Notes under the pieces: generated by a model
Seen by the model: only the letters and a program-made list of their open reading frames with translations
What the model was told of the DNA's origin: nothing
Database searches by the model: none
Origin: an uncultured Acidobacteriota bacterium
GTDB taxonomy: Bacteria > Acidobacteriota > Terriglobia > Acidiferrales > UBA7541
Direction of reading: 5' to 3'
Length of the DNA: 64,000 bases
Assembly: GCA_963776695.1 (NCBI GenBank)
Contig: CAVZNU010000011.1
Coordinates: 164,165-228,164, forward strand
Part shown: positions 1-10,499 of the stretch, in pieces
Position numbering within the stretch: position 1 is the stretch's first letter
How the letters are laid out: the number at the start of each line of letters is the position of its first letter
Position numbers and translations under genes: made by a program

Positions 1-2481
1 CAGCAAATTAACGAACAAGCGGTACGCACCTGGCACGCCTGCGGGCAGCTCGCGGAAAAATGAGAGACCCGCGTAGATGTAGACGCCTTTGCCGTAGCGC
101 GCGTACACGAGTGAGCCATTCGCTTCCGGCTCGCCGGGATCTTTCAAGCCAAGCACAGGCTGGTAGTGCGCGTCGAATGAGCCGAGAAAATACAGGCCGC
201 GCTCCTGCTCCCAGCCTTCGAAGTCGACGAGCGAAATTTTGTTTGGCGAATTCAGCAGGGGATTATCGGGCGCGAGGAATCGCACGGGCGAATTTGCGTC
301 AGTGACGCGCGAAGTCTGGTCCGGCATCGTCGCGGGATACGGCATCGCGGAAATCCATTGCGGGTCGCGCTGGTATTGAACGACGAGCGAGCCGCCCTGC
401 TGCACGTAGTCGAGCAAGCGCCGGTTCGAGCGCAACAAATCCGGACGCAAATCGTATGCGCGGATGCCGACAACGATCGCGTCATAGCGGCTGAGATCTT
501 CGAAGGCGAGCGCGATTTCGTCGAGCAGGTCCACCTGAACGCCAATTTGGCGAAGCGTGTCGGGAATCGGGTCGTTACTTGCGGCGATATAGCCGACGCG
601 CAAGCGCGCCGGCACAACGAGACTCATTACGTGCACGGACGCGTCTGCCGGCTCGCTCCAATCGCGCGTCGGAAGGGAAGGAACCGGCTCAAGCGAGCTG
701 CTGAATTTCTGGGCACCTGATATTCCCCCGAGCTCAGCATAAGGATGCAGGGGATATGCGCCGGGAGCCGCGTTTGCCGATGGCGTAACGCTGAAGCGAA
801 TCAATTGATCGCCCGTGCCGGAAAAATCGAGCGGCGCGATCGGTTGAACCTGCCAGCCGTTCGGCGCGTCGAGCCCCACGGAAACTTTCGCGGCTTTCGT
901 CCCGTGATAACGGACTCGCGCGAGAAGCTGCACTGGCTGTGACGCGCGCTCGGCCGGCACCATGATCTGCTGCGGGTCGGTGGTAAGCGTAACGGCGGGC
1001 ACCAGCTCGAGCGAATACGTGTCGATGCCGGTTGTGGTGGCTTTCATCGAATCAACCGTTTGCGCGACGGCAAACGAATAGCCGGCAACTTCAATCTTCG
1101 GCGCGATACGCACAAGAGGCGGAGGAAACGGAAGAATCACATCGCCGGGGGAATACGGCGGCTTCGCGGAAGCTGGAATGTTGACTGTGAATTTGTAAGT
1201 TCGGCCCTCGCTGTTTTTGTCGGCCTTCGCGCTCCAGCCTGGCGGCAACAGCAGACTCGAGTCATCGAGCGTCGATTTCACCGGCACCGCAGGCTTGCCT
1301 AGAAAACTTACGTCTACGGAAAATTTTTCTCCCGCGACGAGTTCATGACGATCCGCTTCGACAACCATTGGCAGCGCAATATCGTCATTCAACACGCCGT
1401 CGATTTTTTCGCGCTCGCGGTCGAGTTCCCACAGAAGCGCCGCGCTTGTTTCGCCACCCTGCTTTGAGATTCGATCCTGCAGCTTCGCGATTTCCTTGCC
1501 CGCGTCGGCCAGGGCCGTCGCTGCGCCGGACCGATGCAGCGCTAGCACCGTGTTGCGCGCCGACTCAAGATTCGAATCCGCCAGCCTCAATGCGGGAGCG
1601 AGCATCTCGCGGTATCCCGGAAACCTTTCCGCGAACGATTCGAGCGGCTCGGCCAAAAGTTTTGCGTCAAAAGTGCCAGCAGGGTCGCCCTTTTCATTTT
1701 CGCGTATGAGATACATCGGCCGGCGAAAAAACGGATTGCCGAAAAACGAAGGCGTCCCCTGCGATCGATGCTGCGCGTGGCCTTCCATCCCCATGTCGAC
1801 GTAACTCTTGCCCCAGAGCGGCGACACTTCGTTCACTGGCAACTCGACCGCGCCAGCCATATTCTCCCGAGCCGTGCGCAGATCGAGTGGCACCTTCCAC
1901 GCCGACAGACCTTCCTTCAATTGTTCAGGAAACATTTTGGGATCGGCAGCAGCGGCGACCGCTTGCGGCGTAAGGATTCCGCTCGCCTGGTGATGTCCGT
2001 GGCCGCCATGGACGCCGCCCCAGCCATTGATGACCACTTGCGGTCGAAATGTTCGAATCACGCGAACCATGTCTTCAAGCGCGAGGCCGTCCCAGATTTT
2101 CATCGCCTGCTCGGGCGTTTTCACGAAGCCGGTGTCCATCGCGCGGGTGAAATATTGGCGCACTCCGTAATGGCGGCCGGCGGCGAGAAGTTCTTCGGTG
2201 CGGATTACTCCGAGTTCACCGCCTTGCTCGGGGCCGATGGCGTTTTGTCCGCCTTGGCCGCGCGTGATTGTGAGAAGCGCCACGTCCGCATCAACGCCGC
2301 GCGATAGATAGGTGAGGAGGCTGGCCCATTCGTCGTCGGGATGCGCGGTGACGAAAAGAATGCGGGTGGTGACGCGAGCTTTGTCGATCGCTTCGACGGT
2401 TTGGGGGAGGGATTGCGCGGCAATCGGGGATGCGATTGCGAAGGCGGCGAGGGCGAGGGCAGGGAGAATGCGTGCGAACAT
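1..2481 (-). CDS. Exported PIG-L/LmbE-family deacetylase-domain protein, at least 827 aa; 3' end runs off the window
   Basis: Absent from the ORF track because it is edge-truncated. Manual minus-strand translation from ATG at 2481 gives MFARILPALALAAFAIASPIAAQSLPQTVEAIDKARVTTRILFVTAHPDDEWASLLTYLSRGVDADVALLTITRGQGGQNAIGPEQGGELGVIRTEELL. This shows a signal-peptide-like N-terminus and the AHPDDE motif of the PIG-L family. The frame is still open at spot checks near 1320 and at 60..1 (FFRELPAGVPGAYRLFVNLL). Tracked ORFs in 1-2543 are in other frames and look off-frame. Confidence 0.7.
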   Translation of the reverse strand, partial: MFARILPALALAAFAIASPIAAQSLPQTVEAIDKARVTTRILFVTAHPDDEWASLLTYLSRGVDADVALLTITRGQGGQNAIGPEQGGELGVIRTEELLAAGRHYGVRQYFTRAMDTGFVKTPEQAMKIWDGLALEDMVRVIRTFRPQVVINGWGGVHGGHGHHQASGILTPQAVAAAADPKMFPEQLKEGLSAWKVPLDLRTARENMAGAVELPVNEVSPLWGKSYVDMGMEGHAQHRSQGTPSFFGNPFFRRPMYLIRENEKGDPAGTFDAKLLAEPLESFAERFPGYREMLAPALRLADSNLESARNTVLALHRSGAATALADAGKEIAKLQDRISKQGGETSAALLWELDREREKIDGVLNDDIALPMVVEADRHELVAGEKFSVDVSFLGKPAVPVKSTLDDSSLLLPPGWSAKADKNSEGRTYKFTVNIPASAKPPYSPGDVILPFPPPLVRIAPKIEVAGYSFAVAQTVDSMKATTTGIDTYSLELVPAVTLTTDPQQIMVPAERASQPVQLLARVRYHGTKAAKVSVGLDAPNGWQVQPIAPLDFSGTGDQLIRFSVTPSANAAPGAYPLHPYAELGGISGAQKFSSSLEPVPSLPTRDWSEPADASVHVMSLVVPARLRVGYIAASNDPIPDTLRQIGVQVDLLDEIALAFEDLSRYDAIVVGIRAYDLRPDLLRSNRRLLDYVQQGGSLVVQYQRDPQWISAMPYPATMPDQTSRVTDANSPVRFLAPDNPLLNSPNKISLVDFEGWEQERGLYFLGSFDAHYQPVLGLKDPGEPEANGSLVYARYGKGVYIYAGLSFFRELPAGVPGAYRLFVNLL

Positions 2482-2681
2482 TGTGGCGATTCGCCGGTGG
2501 CGATGGCGGTCGCGGGTTGCCGCCGGTCGAGGGGGCGCAGCAAGCGGCGCCCCTACGCCCGAAAATTCAAGAGCGGAAGTGGCCCGCCAGCGGCCGGCGA
2601 GGGAAGCATCGCGCCGATCGCGCGGGGGAAATTCAATGGAGCTGTCGATATGTATGCGGCGGCGCGGAAAAAATCGAAACA

Positions 2682-4082
2682 TCAAACAGCCTCCTCGAAT
2701 GGCCACTGGCGCAAAAAGTGCGCGCGCGTCAAATATACAAGAAGTCCTGCGACCATCGCGGCCAGCGACGCGAGCATCGGCTTGCGCCCTGTGGCGACGA
2801 AGATTGCGAGCCAGCCTGCGATCGAAAGTATCACCGGCACGGGATAGAGCCACATCCGAAACGGCCATCGCTCCGCTTTCCAGCGGTGGTGCAGCATCGT
2901 CAAGCCCACCGCCTGCCCCACAAATTGGATGAGGCAGCGCATCGCGAGGATGGAGCGGATCACCGAAAACAAGTCGAAGAAAATGCAAATCACAATCGAA
3001 ACGGCGCCCAGCCCGAGCAGCGAGACATACGGGAATCGCTTGGTGGGATGAACGCGACCGAAAACTGAAAAGAAATTCCCGTCGAGCGCCGCCGCATAGG
3101 GAACGCGCGAATAGCCGAGCGTTGCGGAAAATACGGAACCAAACGCGGTGACGAGAATCAGCGCGGTGGCAATCATGGCCCAGTGCGATCCGAAGATGCG
3201 TTCCACAAATAGGCTGACGACGAACGGTGAATTCTGGGCTTCCTGCCAGGGAACGACGGCGAGAATGCACGTCTGCATCGCGAAGTAGAGCGCCGCGATT
3301 CCAAAAATCGAAAGAAAAATCGCGCGCGGGATATTACGCTCTGGATTTTTCATTTCGCCGCCGAGATTGCACACATTGTAGTAGCCCAGATAGCTGTAGA
3401 CGGCCTGTACCGATGCGTGGCCGAGCCCGGCGAAAAAAATCCAGGAAAAGCTCCATGCGCCCGCGGGATAAACGAAGACGAGGTTCTTGTTGAAATGCGT
3501 TGCGCCCCCGTAAATCAGCCAGAGAATCGTTGCGGCGGCGATGAGGCAGAGGATCGTGGAAATCTTGCCGATGGTCGTGATGCGGCGGTACAAAAGCACG
3601 ACAGCGATCACGATCAGCAGAACTGCGACGGAGCGGTTGTAGCTTTTAGTCGCTGACAGCATTTGTCCCGGATGCGCGCCCAACCACGCATTCACTCCAG
3701 AAATCCGTGCCGTGAGGTACTGCGAGTAATCCGCAAATCCCAGCGCACCCGACGAAATGCTGAGCGGCGCCTGGAAAAGCGTCTGCCAGATATAGAGAAA
3801 CGACATCAGGCGGCCAAGCCGCTTCGCGCCGTAGGCTTCGCGCAGAAAAACGTAACTGCCCCCGGCTTGCGGCATCGCCGCGCCAAGCTCCGCCCATACG
3901 CATCCGTCCAGCGCCGCAAGCACTGCTCCCACCACCCACGCGAGAAGGCATTGCGGGCCGCCCATCGCGCGAATGATGAACGGAATCACCACGAACGGAC
4001 CGATCCCGATCATGAACGTCATGTTGAGCGACGTTGCTTCCAGCAGACCGAGGCCGCGTTCGAGTTTTTCGGGTTCGCTCAT
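2682..4082 (-). CDS. APC-family amino acid permease
   Basis: 466-aa polytopic membrane ORF. The N-terminal region LLEATSLNMTFMIGIGPFVVIPF...GGPQCLLAWVVGAVLAALDGCVWAELGAAMPQAGGSYVFLREAYG is typical of amino acid/polyamine/organocation permeases. Confidence 0.88.
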   Translation of the reverse strand: MSEPEKLERGLGLLEATSLNMTFMIGIGPFVVIPFIIRAMGGPQCLLAWVVGAVLAALDGCVWAELGAAMPQAGGSYVFLREAYGAKRLGRLMSFLYIWQTLFQAPLSISSGALGFADYSQYLTARISGVNAWLGAHPGQMLSATKSYNRSVAVLLIVIAVVLLYRRITTIGKISTILCLIAAATILWLIYGGATHFNKNLVFVYPAGAWSFSWIFFAGLGHASVQAVYSYLGYYNVCNLGGEMKNPERNIPRAIFLSIFGIAALYFAMQTCILAVVPWQEAQNSPFVVSLFVERIFGSHWAMIATALILVTAFGSVFSATLGYSRVPYAAALDGNFFSVFGRVHPTKRFPYVSLLGLGAVSIVICIFFDLFSVIRSILAMRCLIQFVGQAVGLTMLHHRWKAERWPFRMWLYPVPVILSIAGWLAIFVATGRKPMLASLAAMVAGLLVYLTRAHFLRQWPFEEAV

Positions 4083-4183
4083 CGAGTGTCTTTGCCGGGC
4101 GAATTTCTCAGAGGCAACAGAACCGAAAGAATAGCAAGAAAGCCCGCTCCGCCTCGCGTAAAACTGCCGCCATCTGCGTTACC

Positions 4184-5101
4184 ATGAGCGGAATGGTGAA
4201 GCTCGGAATCGGGATCACCGCAGCGATTGTCGCGGTCCTCGTGTTTGGATTTTTTCGGGTCCGCCGGCGCAGGAGACGATTTCCCGCGCACGGCTGGCTC
4301 GGATTTGTTGCGCTGGCCGCAGCCGAATGGCTGCTGTTCCAGCACGCCGAGCCCGTCGCCACCTATTTCACGCCGATTGCATGGAGCGCTTACATCCTGA
4401 TCGCCGACGCAGCCACTTTCGCGGTCACGGGCCGTTCGCGCTTGAACGACGCGCCTCTCACGCTCGGGCGCATGGCGCTGCTTTCGATTCCGCTGTGGTT
4501 GATTTTTGAGGCGTACAATTTGCGCCTGCACAACTGGGAATACGTTGGCGTCCCGCTCCCGTGGGCCGCGGCGGTGCTTGGCTACGGATGGTCGTTTGCG
4601 ACGATTACGCCCGCGATCTTCGAAACGGCCGATCTTGTGCAGGCGCTTCTGCCGCCGCTACCCGGCGAGCCATGGAATTTTTCGCGCGCCGCCGAAAATG
4701 TCATGCTCGTTTGCGGCGCAGCGTGCCTGGTGGTTCCGCTTGCGATGCCGCAGACAATCGCCGCTCATCTTTTCGCGCTCGTGTGGTTCGGTTTTCTACT
4801 GTTTCTCGATCCGATCAACCACCGGCTCGGACTGCCGTCGTTCATCGGCGATCTCTCGGAAGGATTTCGGCGGCGTTTCTACGGTTTTCTCGCTTCCGGA
4901 TTTATATGTGGCTGGCTGTGGGAATTCTGGAACTACTGGGCTCGCGCGAAATGGCTCTACACGTTTCCGATGTTTCAGAACATGAAGATTTTCGAGATGC
5001 CGGCGCCGGGGTATCTCGGTTTTTTGCCGTTTGCGCTCGACTGCTTCGCCATGTACGTTAGTTCGGCGTGGCTTTTTGGCTGGGTGAAAAGGGTGAAATG
5101 A
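4184..5101 (+). CDS. Hypothetical polytopic membrane protein
   Basis: Track ORF is 4034..5101. Its first 50 codons overlap the permease on the opposite strand and are Arg-rich, so the start was moved to ATG 4184 (MSGMVKLGIGITAAIVAVLVFGFF). Multiple hydrophobic helices. The stop overlaps the next gene's start (ATGA at 5098-5101). Confidence 0.65.
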   Translation: MSGMVKLGIGITAAIVAVLVFGFFRVRRRRRRFPAHGWLGFVALAAAEWLLFQHAEPVATYFTPIAWSAYILIADAATFAVTGRSRLNDAPLTLGRMALLSIPLWLIFEAYNLRLHNWEYVGVPLPWAAAVLGYGWSFATITPAIFETADLVQALLPPLPGEPWNFSRAAENVMLVCGAACLVVPLAMPQTIAAHLFALVWFGFLLFLDPINHRLGLPSFIGDLSEGFRRRFYGFLASGFICGWLWEFWNYWARAKWLYTFPMFQNMKIFEMPAPGYLGFLPFALDCFAMYVSSAWLFGWVKRVK

Positions 5102-6108
5102 AATTCGCGTGCGGCACATCTTCGCGGACGTTCTCAGCGGCTCGCCTGCTGCCGTCAATTGCTGCGCTCGTTCTAGGTTTCGGTGTTGCCGCGAGACCCG
5201 CGCGTGCAAGTAGCGTGCAACTGCCCCCCGAAGCCTCGCAAGCCATGGACAAGATGTACGGCGGCGATCCGGACGGCGCGATTGGTCTGCTTCACGAATA
5301 CGAGCTGACGCACCCCAGCGATCCACTGCCTTTCACGATTGAAGCCGAAGCGCGCTGGTGGAAAATGTTTTGCGACGCTGCCGAAATCAAGTGGGGCCTC
5401 TTTGATTCGCAGAAGCGAGGCAAAAAGCCGGAAGACGATTCCTACTTCGCGCTGGCCGACCACGTGATCCAGCTCGCGCAAGCGCAAATCGCGCTGCACA
5501 ACACGTCGGAAAACCATCTCTACGCCGGAATTGGATACGCGCTCAAGACCCGTCTATATGGACTGCGGAGCGAATATCGAATCGCTGCACGTAACGGTGT
5601 ATCCGCGCGCACGGAATTTCTCCGCGCCCTCGAGCTCGATCCCAACAACGCCGACGCCTCCGTTGGACTTGGATTCTACAATTATTACGTCGATACACTT
5701 TCGCCTCTGGTAAAGCTTTTTAAATTCTTCATGGGCATTCCGGGAGGAAGCAAAGAAGAAGGAATTAAACAAATTCAAGTGGGCGTCGAGCACGGAGTTC
5801 TACTGGCTGTCGACGCGCGTTTCTATCAGGCTCGAAATTTTCGGACTTACGAGCAAAGGTACGGAGAAGCGCTCAAGATCGCAGAACCGCTCGTCGCTCG
5901 CTATCCGTACAATCCGCTTTTTCTGCTTCTGGTCGGCAATCTTAATGTCGAACTTGGCCGCAAAACCAAGGCCGCCGAATATTTCAACGCGGTGTTGAAT
6001 CTTCCACCACTCCCTGCGCCGCCGGGCGGCTGTGCGGGTGGCGTCTGCGGCGCTTGCTCTACGCATGTGCGCGTTATCGCGCACATATTTCTCGATTCGA
6101 TTCGCTAG
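5098..6108 (+). CDS. Hypothetical exported protein (helical-repeat/TPR-like appearance)
   Basis: In-frame ATG at 5098 (MKFACGTSSRTFSAARLLPSIAALVLGFGVAARPARA) gives a signal peptide and overlaps the upstream stop, suggesting translational coupling. No specific family recognised. Confidence 0.6.
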   Translation: MKFACGTSSRTFSAARLLPSIAALVLGFGVAARPARASSVQLPPEASQAMDKMYGGDPDGAIGLLHEYELTHPSDPLPFTIEAEARWWKMFCDAAEIKWGLFDSQKRGKKPEDDSYFALADHVIQLAQAQIALHNTSENHLYAGIGYALKTRLYGLRSEYRIAARNGVSARTEFLRALELDPNNADASVGLGFYNYYVDTLSPLVKLFKFFMGIPGGSKEEGIKQIQVGVEHGVLLAVDARFYQARNFRTYEQRYGEALKIAEPLVARYPYNPLFLLLVGNLNVELGRKTKAAEYFNAVLNLPPLPAPPGGCAGGVCGACSTHVRVIAHIFLDSIR

Positions 6109-6160
6109 TTTTGTTGTAGCTCGTTTGCTTCGCGCGGGTGCGAACGGGCTTTTTCTCAAT

Positions 6161-7429
6161 CTAGCCGATAATTTCTGCTTCTGCCGGTTTCGGTTTTCCC
6201 ATTCCAATCCGGCTCATCATCAACGCGGAAACGCATCCCGAAACAAACGCGGCGCCCCACAATCCATGCGGCCCCGATCGCTGCAGAATTTCTGCGCCGA
6301 GAAACGGCCCCAGCGAAAACGCGATGCTGAACGACATGGTGTAGAGGCCCATGTATTCACCGCGGCGTCCGGCCGGGGCAATTTCCGCCGCGTACGCGGA
6401 GCTTCCCGGCAGCAAAATCATTTCACCGAACGTCCAGACGACTACTGCGGCGAAGATTTGTTCGGGACGGGTGACGAAAGCAAACGATCCGAAGCCGATC
6501 GCGTAAAGAAAAGCGCCGAGCATCAGCGTGCTGCGATGCGACCAGCGCGCCATCGCCGTATTCAACGGCACTTCGATGGCCACGATCAGCAGCGTGTTCA
6601 GCGTGAACACGGTCCCGTAGAGCGATTCCGGCAGGTGCAGATTTCGGACGAGAAAAAGCGGGAGCGTTGAGGTGAGCTGGAAAAAAACAATCTGCACTGG
6701 AATCATCGCGGCGAGAAAATAGAGCATTCGGCGGTTGCAAAACGCGCGCAGGTCCGCCGCCGGATGGCTGGCGGCGAGCAGCACAACCGAATCCGCTTCG
6801 ATCTCGCTGCCCAATTCTTCGGGTTCGGCCCACTCGGGATCGTGCGACGGTTTTAGCAGCGCCGTATCCCAACGCGCCATCGCAATCACGATTCCCGCAA
6901 GAATCGACGTTGCGCCATCGACGAAAAACAGCCAGCGAAACGAATACACCGCCAGAATTCCGCCGATCGCCGGGCCCACGCTCATCCCGAGGTTCACTGC
7001 GAGGCGACTCAACGCGAATGCGGCCTTGCGTTGAGCCGGCCTGACCAGATCCGAAATCATCGAGAGGCTGGGCGGCCGCACCGATTCGTTCAACATCGCG
7101 AAGAGAAATGTAATTGCGAGGATTGTCGCGAAGCTATGCGCCAGCGGAAAAAGAAATAGCAGCACGCCGGAAAGAAACAGCGACGTCTTGATGACTGCGA
7201 GCGGGCCGACGATGTCGGTGAGCCGTCCTGCTACCGGCATGGTGATCAGCGCGGCGAGTCCGTACACGGTAAGCGAAAGCGCGGCGTGCGCAGGCGTGAT
7301 CCCGAGAGTGCGCGTAAGGTAGAGAACGAGGAACGGCAGCACCATCGTTCCCGCGCGGTTTACGAGCGTCGCCGCAGATAGCAGCCACACCGCTCGCGGA
7401 AGATCTTTCAGACCACGCCAGGGATTCAT
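6161..7429 (-). CDS. MFS transporter
   Basis: 422 aa with about 12 hydrophobic segments. N-terminal pattern LLSAATLVNRAGTMVLPFLVLYLTRTLG...MPVAGRLTDIVGP is typical of the major facilitator superfamily. Confidence 0.88.
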   Translation of the reverse strand: MNPWRGLKDLPRAVWLLSAATLVNRAGTMVLPFLVLYLTRTLGITPAHAALSLTVYGLAALITMPVAGRLTDIVGPLAVIKTSLFLSGVLLFLFPLAHSFATILAITFLFAMLNESVRPPSLSMISDLVRPAQRKAAFALSRLAVNLGMSVGPAIGGILAVYSFRWLFFVDGATSILAGIVIAMARWDTALLKPSHDPEWAEPEELGSEIEADSVVLLAASHPAADLRAFCNRRMLYFLAAMIPVQIVFFQLTSTLPLFLVRNLHLPESLYGTVFTLNTLLIVAIEVPLNTAMARWSHRSTLMLGAFLYAIGFGSFAFVTRPEQIFAAVVVWTFGEMILLPGSSAYAAEIAPAGRRGEYMGLYTMSFSIAFSLGPFLGAEILQRSGPHGLWGAAFVSGCVSALMMSRIGMGKPKPAEAEIIG

Positions 7430-7478
7430 CGCGGAAGATTATACGTGGTTACGTGAATTCACCGGGAGCGGGGACGAC

Positions 7479-8393
7479 TCAACTTCGCGCGGATTCTTCT
7501 TGTTCGAAGGCGTGATACGAGGAGCGGACAAGCGGGCCTGCTTCGACGTGTTTGAATCCCATCGGCTCGCCGAGGCGTTTGAATTCGGCAAATTCATCCG
7601 GGTGGACGTAGCGCTCGATTGGGAGGTGCTCGGGCGTTGGCTGGAGGTACTGGCCGAGAGTGAGGATGTGAGTGCCCTGCGCGGCGATTTCTTCCATCGC
7701 GGCGAGAACTTCTTCGCGCGTTTCGCCGAGGCCCAGCATCATTCCCGTTTTCGTCGCGATCCCAGGCGACATTTCGCCCGCGCGCCGCAGCAATTCGAGC
7801 GAGCGCTCGTAGACTGCGCCGGTGCGCACGCGGCGGTAAAGACGCGGCACCGTTTCCATATTGTGATTCAGCACGTCGGGTTGCGCGGACATTACTTTTT
7901 CGAGCGCCGACGAGTCGCCGCGAAAATCCGGGATCAGCACTTCCACGCGGCATCCGGGAACACGCTCGCGAATCTTCGAAATCGTGCGCGCAAAAATTGC
8001 AGCGCCGCCGTCGGGTTGATCGTCGCGATTTACGGAGGTGACCACCGCGTACCGCAAACCCATTCGTTCGACGGCTTCCGCCACGCGCTCCGGCTCGTCT
8101 TCTTCCGGCGGTCCGAGAGGCTTGCCGCTCGGCACAGCGCAGAATCCGCAGGCGCGCGTGCAAATATTGCCGAGAATCATGAAGGTGGCGGTGCGATGCT
8201 CCCAACACTCGCCCATGTTCGGACACCGCGCACTCTCGCAGACGGTGTGCAAATCGAGAGTGCGCATAATCCGTTTCAGTTCCTGGTAATTCGGCCCGCC
8301 GAAAAATTTCACGCGCAGCCAGGGCGGCCGCGGACGCGCCGCGGGCGGCGGTGTACCGCTCAGATTCGAGATGATATTGAAAGGGGAAGCCAT
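7479..8393 (-). CDS. lipA: Lipoyl synthase
   Basis: Both LipA cysteine clusters are present: [13 protein letters not shown] and the radical-SAM [10 protein letters not shown]. Length is 304 aa. Confidence 0.95.
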   Translation of the reverse strand: MASPFNIISNLSGTPPPAARPRPPWLRVKFFGGPNYQELKRIMRTLDLHTVCESARCPNMGECWEHRTATFMILGNICTRACGFCAVPSGKPLGPPEEDEPERVAEAVERMGLRYAVVTSVNRDDQPDGGAAIFARTISKIRERVPGCRVEVLIPDFRGDSSALEKVMSAQPDVLNHNMETVPRLYRRVRTGAVYERSLELLRRAGEMSPGIATKTGMMLGLGETREEVLAAMEEIAAQGTHILTLGQYLQPTPEHLPIERYVHPDEFAEFKRLGEPMGFKHVEAGPLVRSSYHAFEQEESARS

Positions 8394-8631
8394 TCGTTTG
8401 GTCCCGAGTTACACATTTTACGCGTCCAGCCCGTTCTGTACAACTGCACCACTTTCCGGATCAGATGGCGCATCGAACAATCGAATATTCTGAGGCAATC
8501 AAGTTCCGCGTCCTATTTGCCGATACCTCTGGTAAGCCAGAGTCGGAGTCTAGCGGCCTGGAACGTACCGATTCGGAACACGAGCCATTTAACTCGTTCG
8601 TCATAGGCCATTAGTTCACAGGTCATTCGTC

Positions 8632-9396
8632 ATGAGCGCCATAAATTTTCCGCTCAGCTCGGGTCGTCAGGGCGAGCCGAATCAGGTGTCGTCTCAAGAA
8701 GTTGCAAAACTGTCCGCTGGCAAAGGCAGTCAAGCCGCAGCGCTGCGCCCGGATGTAGTGACACTTTCTGAAGTATTTCCTCCTTCCCAATCGATCAGCG
8801 GTCCGAACCCCGGTCGTTTCGAGGAGGTATCACGCTCTTTGCCAGAATTGTTTCCACCGAAGCTGCCAGCGACGAGCCCGGCGCGAGTTGGCGAAGTGCA
8901 ACATACGACCGCAGCGAACACGTCCACGCTCGGCAGCGTGACCCAGCAGCAGCAATTGGAGCAGCTCAGTCAGACGCTGCTGGCACTTGGAATTAATCCT
9001 CAGAGCATTAGCTTCTACAATCGCGTTTCATTGCTTCAGTCTGCGAACGATCCACCAGCGCTTCGGAACCTGGTTCGCGCGCTCGGCATAATCGCTCAGC
9101 CAACCAGCCAAGCGGCCGCAGCTCAAACGCAACTTACTACCGAAAGCCCAACTTCACCTACCGCGCAAGAACTCCCGGCCGGCACGGCCTCACTCAGCTT
9201 CGCGCAATCGACCGGAACTGCGCAGTTGGACCTCGGAAATCAAGGCCTGGCATCCACCGGTCGAACGGACGCTCGATTTCAGCAGCTTCAACTCGCCCTT
9301 CAGTCCGTTTCCGGCGGGGAAGGCTCGTCTGCGAGCGCCCAAGCTGGAGCGAGCGATGCGGCCGGAAAACCGCCGTCTCTGAACCTCAGCGCCTAA
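8632..9396 (+). CDS. Hypothetical Gln/Ser/Ala/Thr-rich, probably disordered protein
   Basis: 254-aa ORF with no competing ORF except a short antisense one. Low-complexity composition, no signal peptide, no recognisable motif. Confidence 0.4.
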   Translation: MSAINFPLSSGRQGEPNQVSSQEVAKLSAGKGSQAAALRPDVVTLSEVFPPSQSISGPNPGRFEEVSRSLPELFPPKLPATSPARVGEVQHTTAANTSTLGSVTQQQQLEQLSQTLLALGINPQSISFYNRVSLLQSANDPPALRNLVRALGIIAQPTSQAAAAQTQLTTESPTSPTAQELPAGTASLSFAQSTGTAQLDLGNQGLASTGRTDARFQQLQLALQSVSGGEGSSASAQAGASDAAGKPPSLNLSA

Positions 9397-9586
9397 ATGC
9401 GGAGATCAGCGAACCCAAGGACAGCGGGCACGCCTGTTCCAATTCGCCACGCAGTGACGCCCTGTTTTGTTGCTAATTTACCACAGCGAGCTTTCTAAAA
9501 AATCTCCTAATTGCAATAAACTGCTGATTATAAAGACTTTAAAATTCTATCGCGCGGCATCCAAGATGCTGGTAATCTTCCGGCGA

Positions 9587-10498
9587 ATGCCCTACCAGCT
9601 CACTATCCAGCGACCGGTCGAAACTGAAGGCGTCGGTCTCCATACCGCAGTCCGCAGCCGCGTCCGTTTCGTGCCGGCACCCGCGGACACCGGAATCGTC
9701 TTCCGGCGCGTGGATCTCGACAATTTCGAAATTGAAGCGCACGTTCGCAACGTGGCGCGCGTCAGCTACGCGACCAGCTTGATGAAGCAAGGCGTGCTGC
9801 TATCAACCACCGAGCACGTACTCGCCGCGCTGTATTCCTGCGGCGTCGACAATGTTTACGTGGAAATCGACGCGCTCGAGCTTCCGATTCTCGACGGCTC
9901 GGCGAAGCCTTTCATCGATCTACTCGCGCAGGCCGGAACGCGCCAACTCCGCCGCCATCGCCGCTACATTCGCGTTTTGAAACCGTTGGAGTTTGTAGAC
10001 GGCGACAAGCGATTGGGGATTTATCCCGCCGACGAATTCCGCGTGCACTGTTTCGTCGATTACAGCCATCCCGCATGCGGTCCGCAGGAAATCGAGCTCA
10101 CGGTGAATCGCGAATCTTTCAGCCGTGAACTCGCGCCCGCGCGCACGTTTGGCTTCACGAAAGATTTTGCGGGACTGCAAGCGATGGGCCTGATCCGCGG
10201 CGGTTCTGTCGAAAACGCGATTGTGATCGACGATAACGGCGTGATGAACGGCCCGCTGCGATTTCCCGACGAGTTTGGCCGCCACAAAGCGCTCGATTTG
10301 ATCGGCGATCTCGCTCTCGTTGGGCGGCCGCTGCTTGCGCGCATCGTCGCGCATAAAGCAGGCCACGCGTCGCACACGCAGCTTGTCACCCGGTTGCTTG
10401 CAGACCATTCCTTGTGGACTGAAACCACGAACGGCCATTCGGCGCCAGCCGAATCCGCACACGCATCCATTCCAATTTCTGCGCCCGCTTCGTCCTAA
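9587..10498 (+). CDS. lpxC: UDP-3-O-acyl-N-acetylglucosamine deacetylase
   Basis: Track ORF is 9467..10498. The first 40 codons lie in AT-rich leader sequence. ATG 9587 gives MPYQLTIQRPVETEGVGLHTAVRSRVRFVPAPADTGIVFRRVDL, the canonical LpxC N-terminus. The later region HKALDLIGDLAL...AHKAGHASH is also LpxC-like. Confidence 0.92.
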   Translation: MPYQLTIQRPVETEGVGLHTAVRSRVRFVPAPADTGIVFRRVDLDNFEIEAHVRNVARVSYATSLMKQGVLLSTTEHVLAALYSCGVDNVYVEIDALELPILDGSAKPFIDLLAQAGTRQLRRHRRYIRVLKPLEFVDGDKRLGIYPADEFRVHCFVDYSHPACGPQEIELTVNRESFSRELAPARTFGFTKDFAGLQAMGLIRGGSVENAIVIDDNGVMNGPLRFPDEFGRHKALDLIGDLALVGRPLLARIVAHKAGHASHTQLVTRLLADHSLWTETTNGHSAPAESAHASIPISAPASS

Positions 10499-10499
10499 G

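Noticed and set aside
2312-3068. Three overlapping plus-strand ORFs (168-212 aa) spanning the gap between the PIG-L gene and the permease gene.
   Set aside because: They overlap the 5' end of the minus-strand PIG-L gene and the 3' end of the permease. Their translations are extremely Arg/Gly/Ala-rich. No motifs.
7500-8606. Long plus-strand ORF (368 aa) antisense to lipA. Similar long antisense ORFs: 11639..12613, 17646..18449, 19108..20019, 24989..26086, 26405..27361, 32167..33093, 43457..44599, 45143..46015 and 55970..57409.
   Set aside because: Each lies opposite a gene with unambiguous family motifs. Their translations are Arg/Ala/Gly/His-rich with no motifs. Open antisense frames are expected in about 60% GC DNA.
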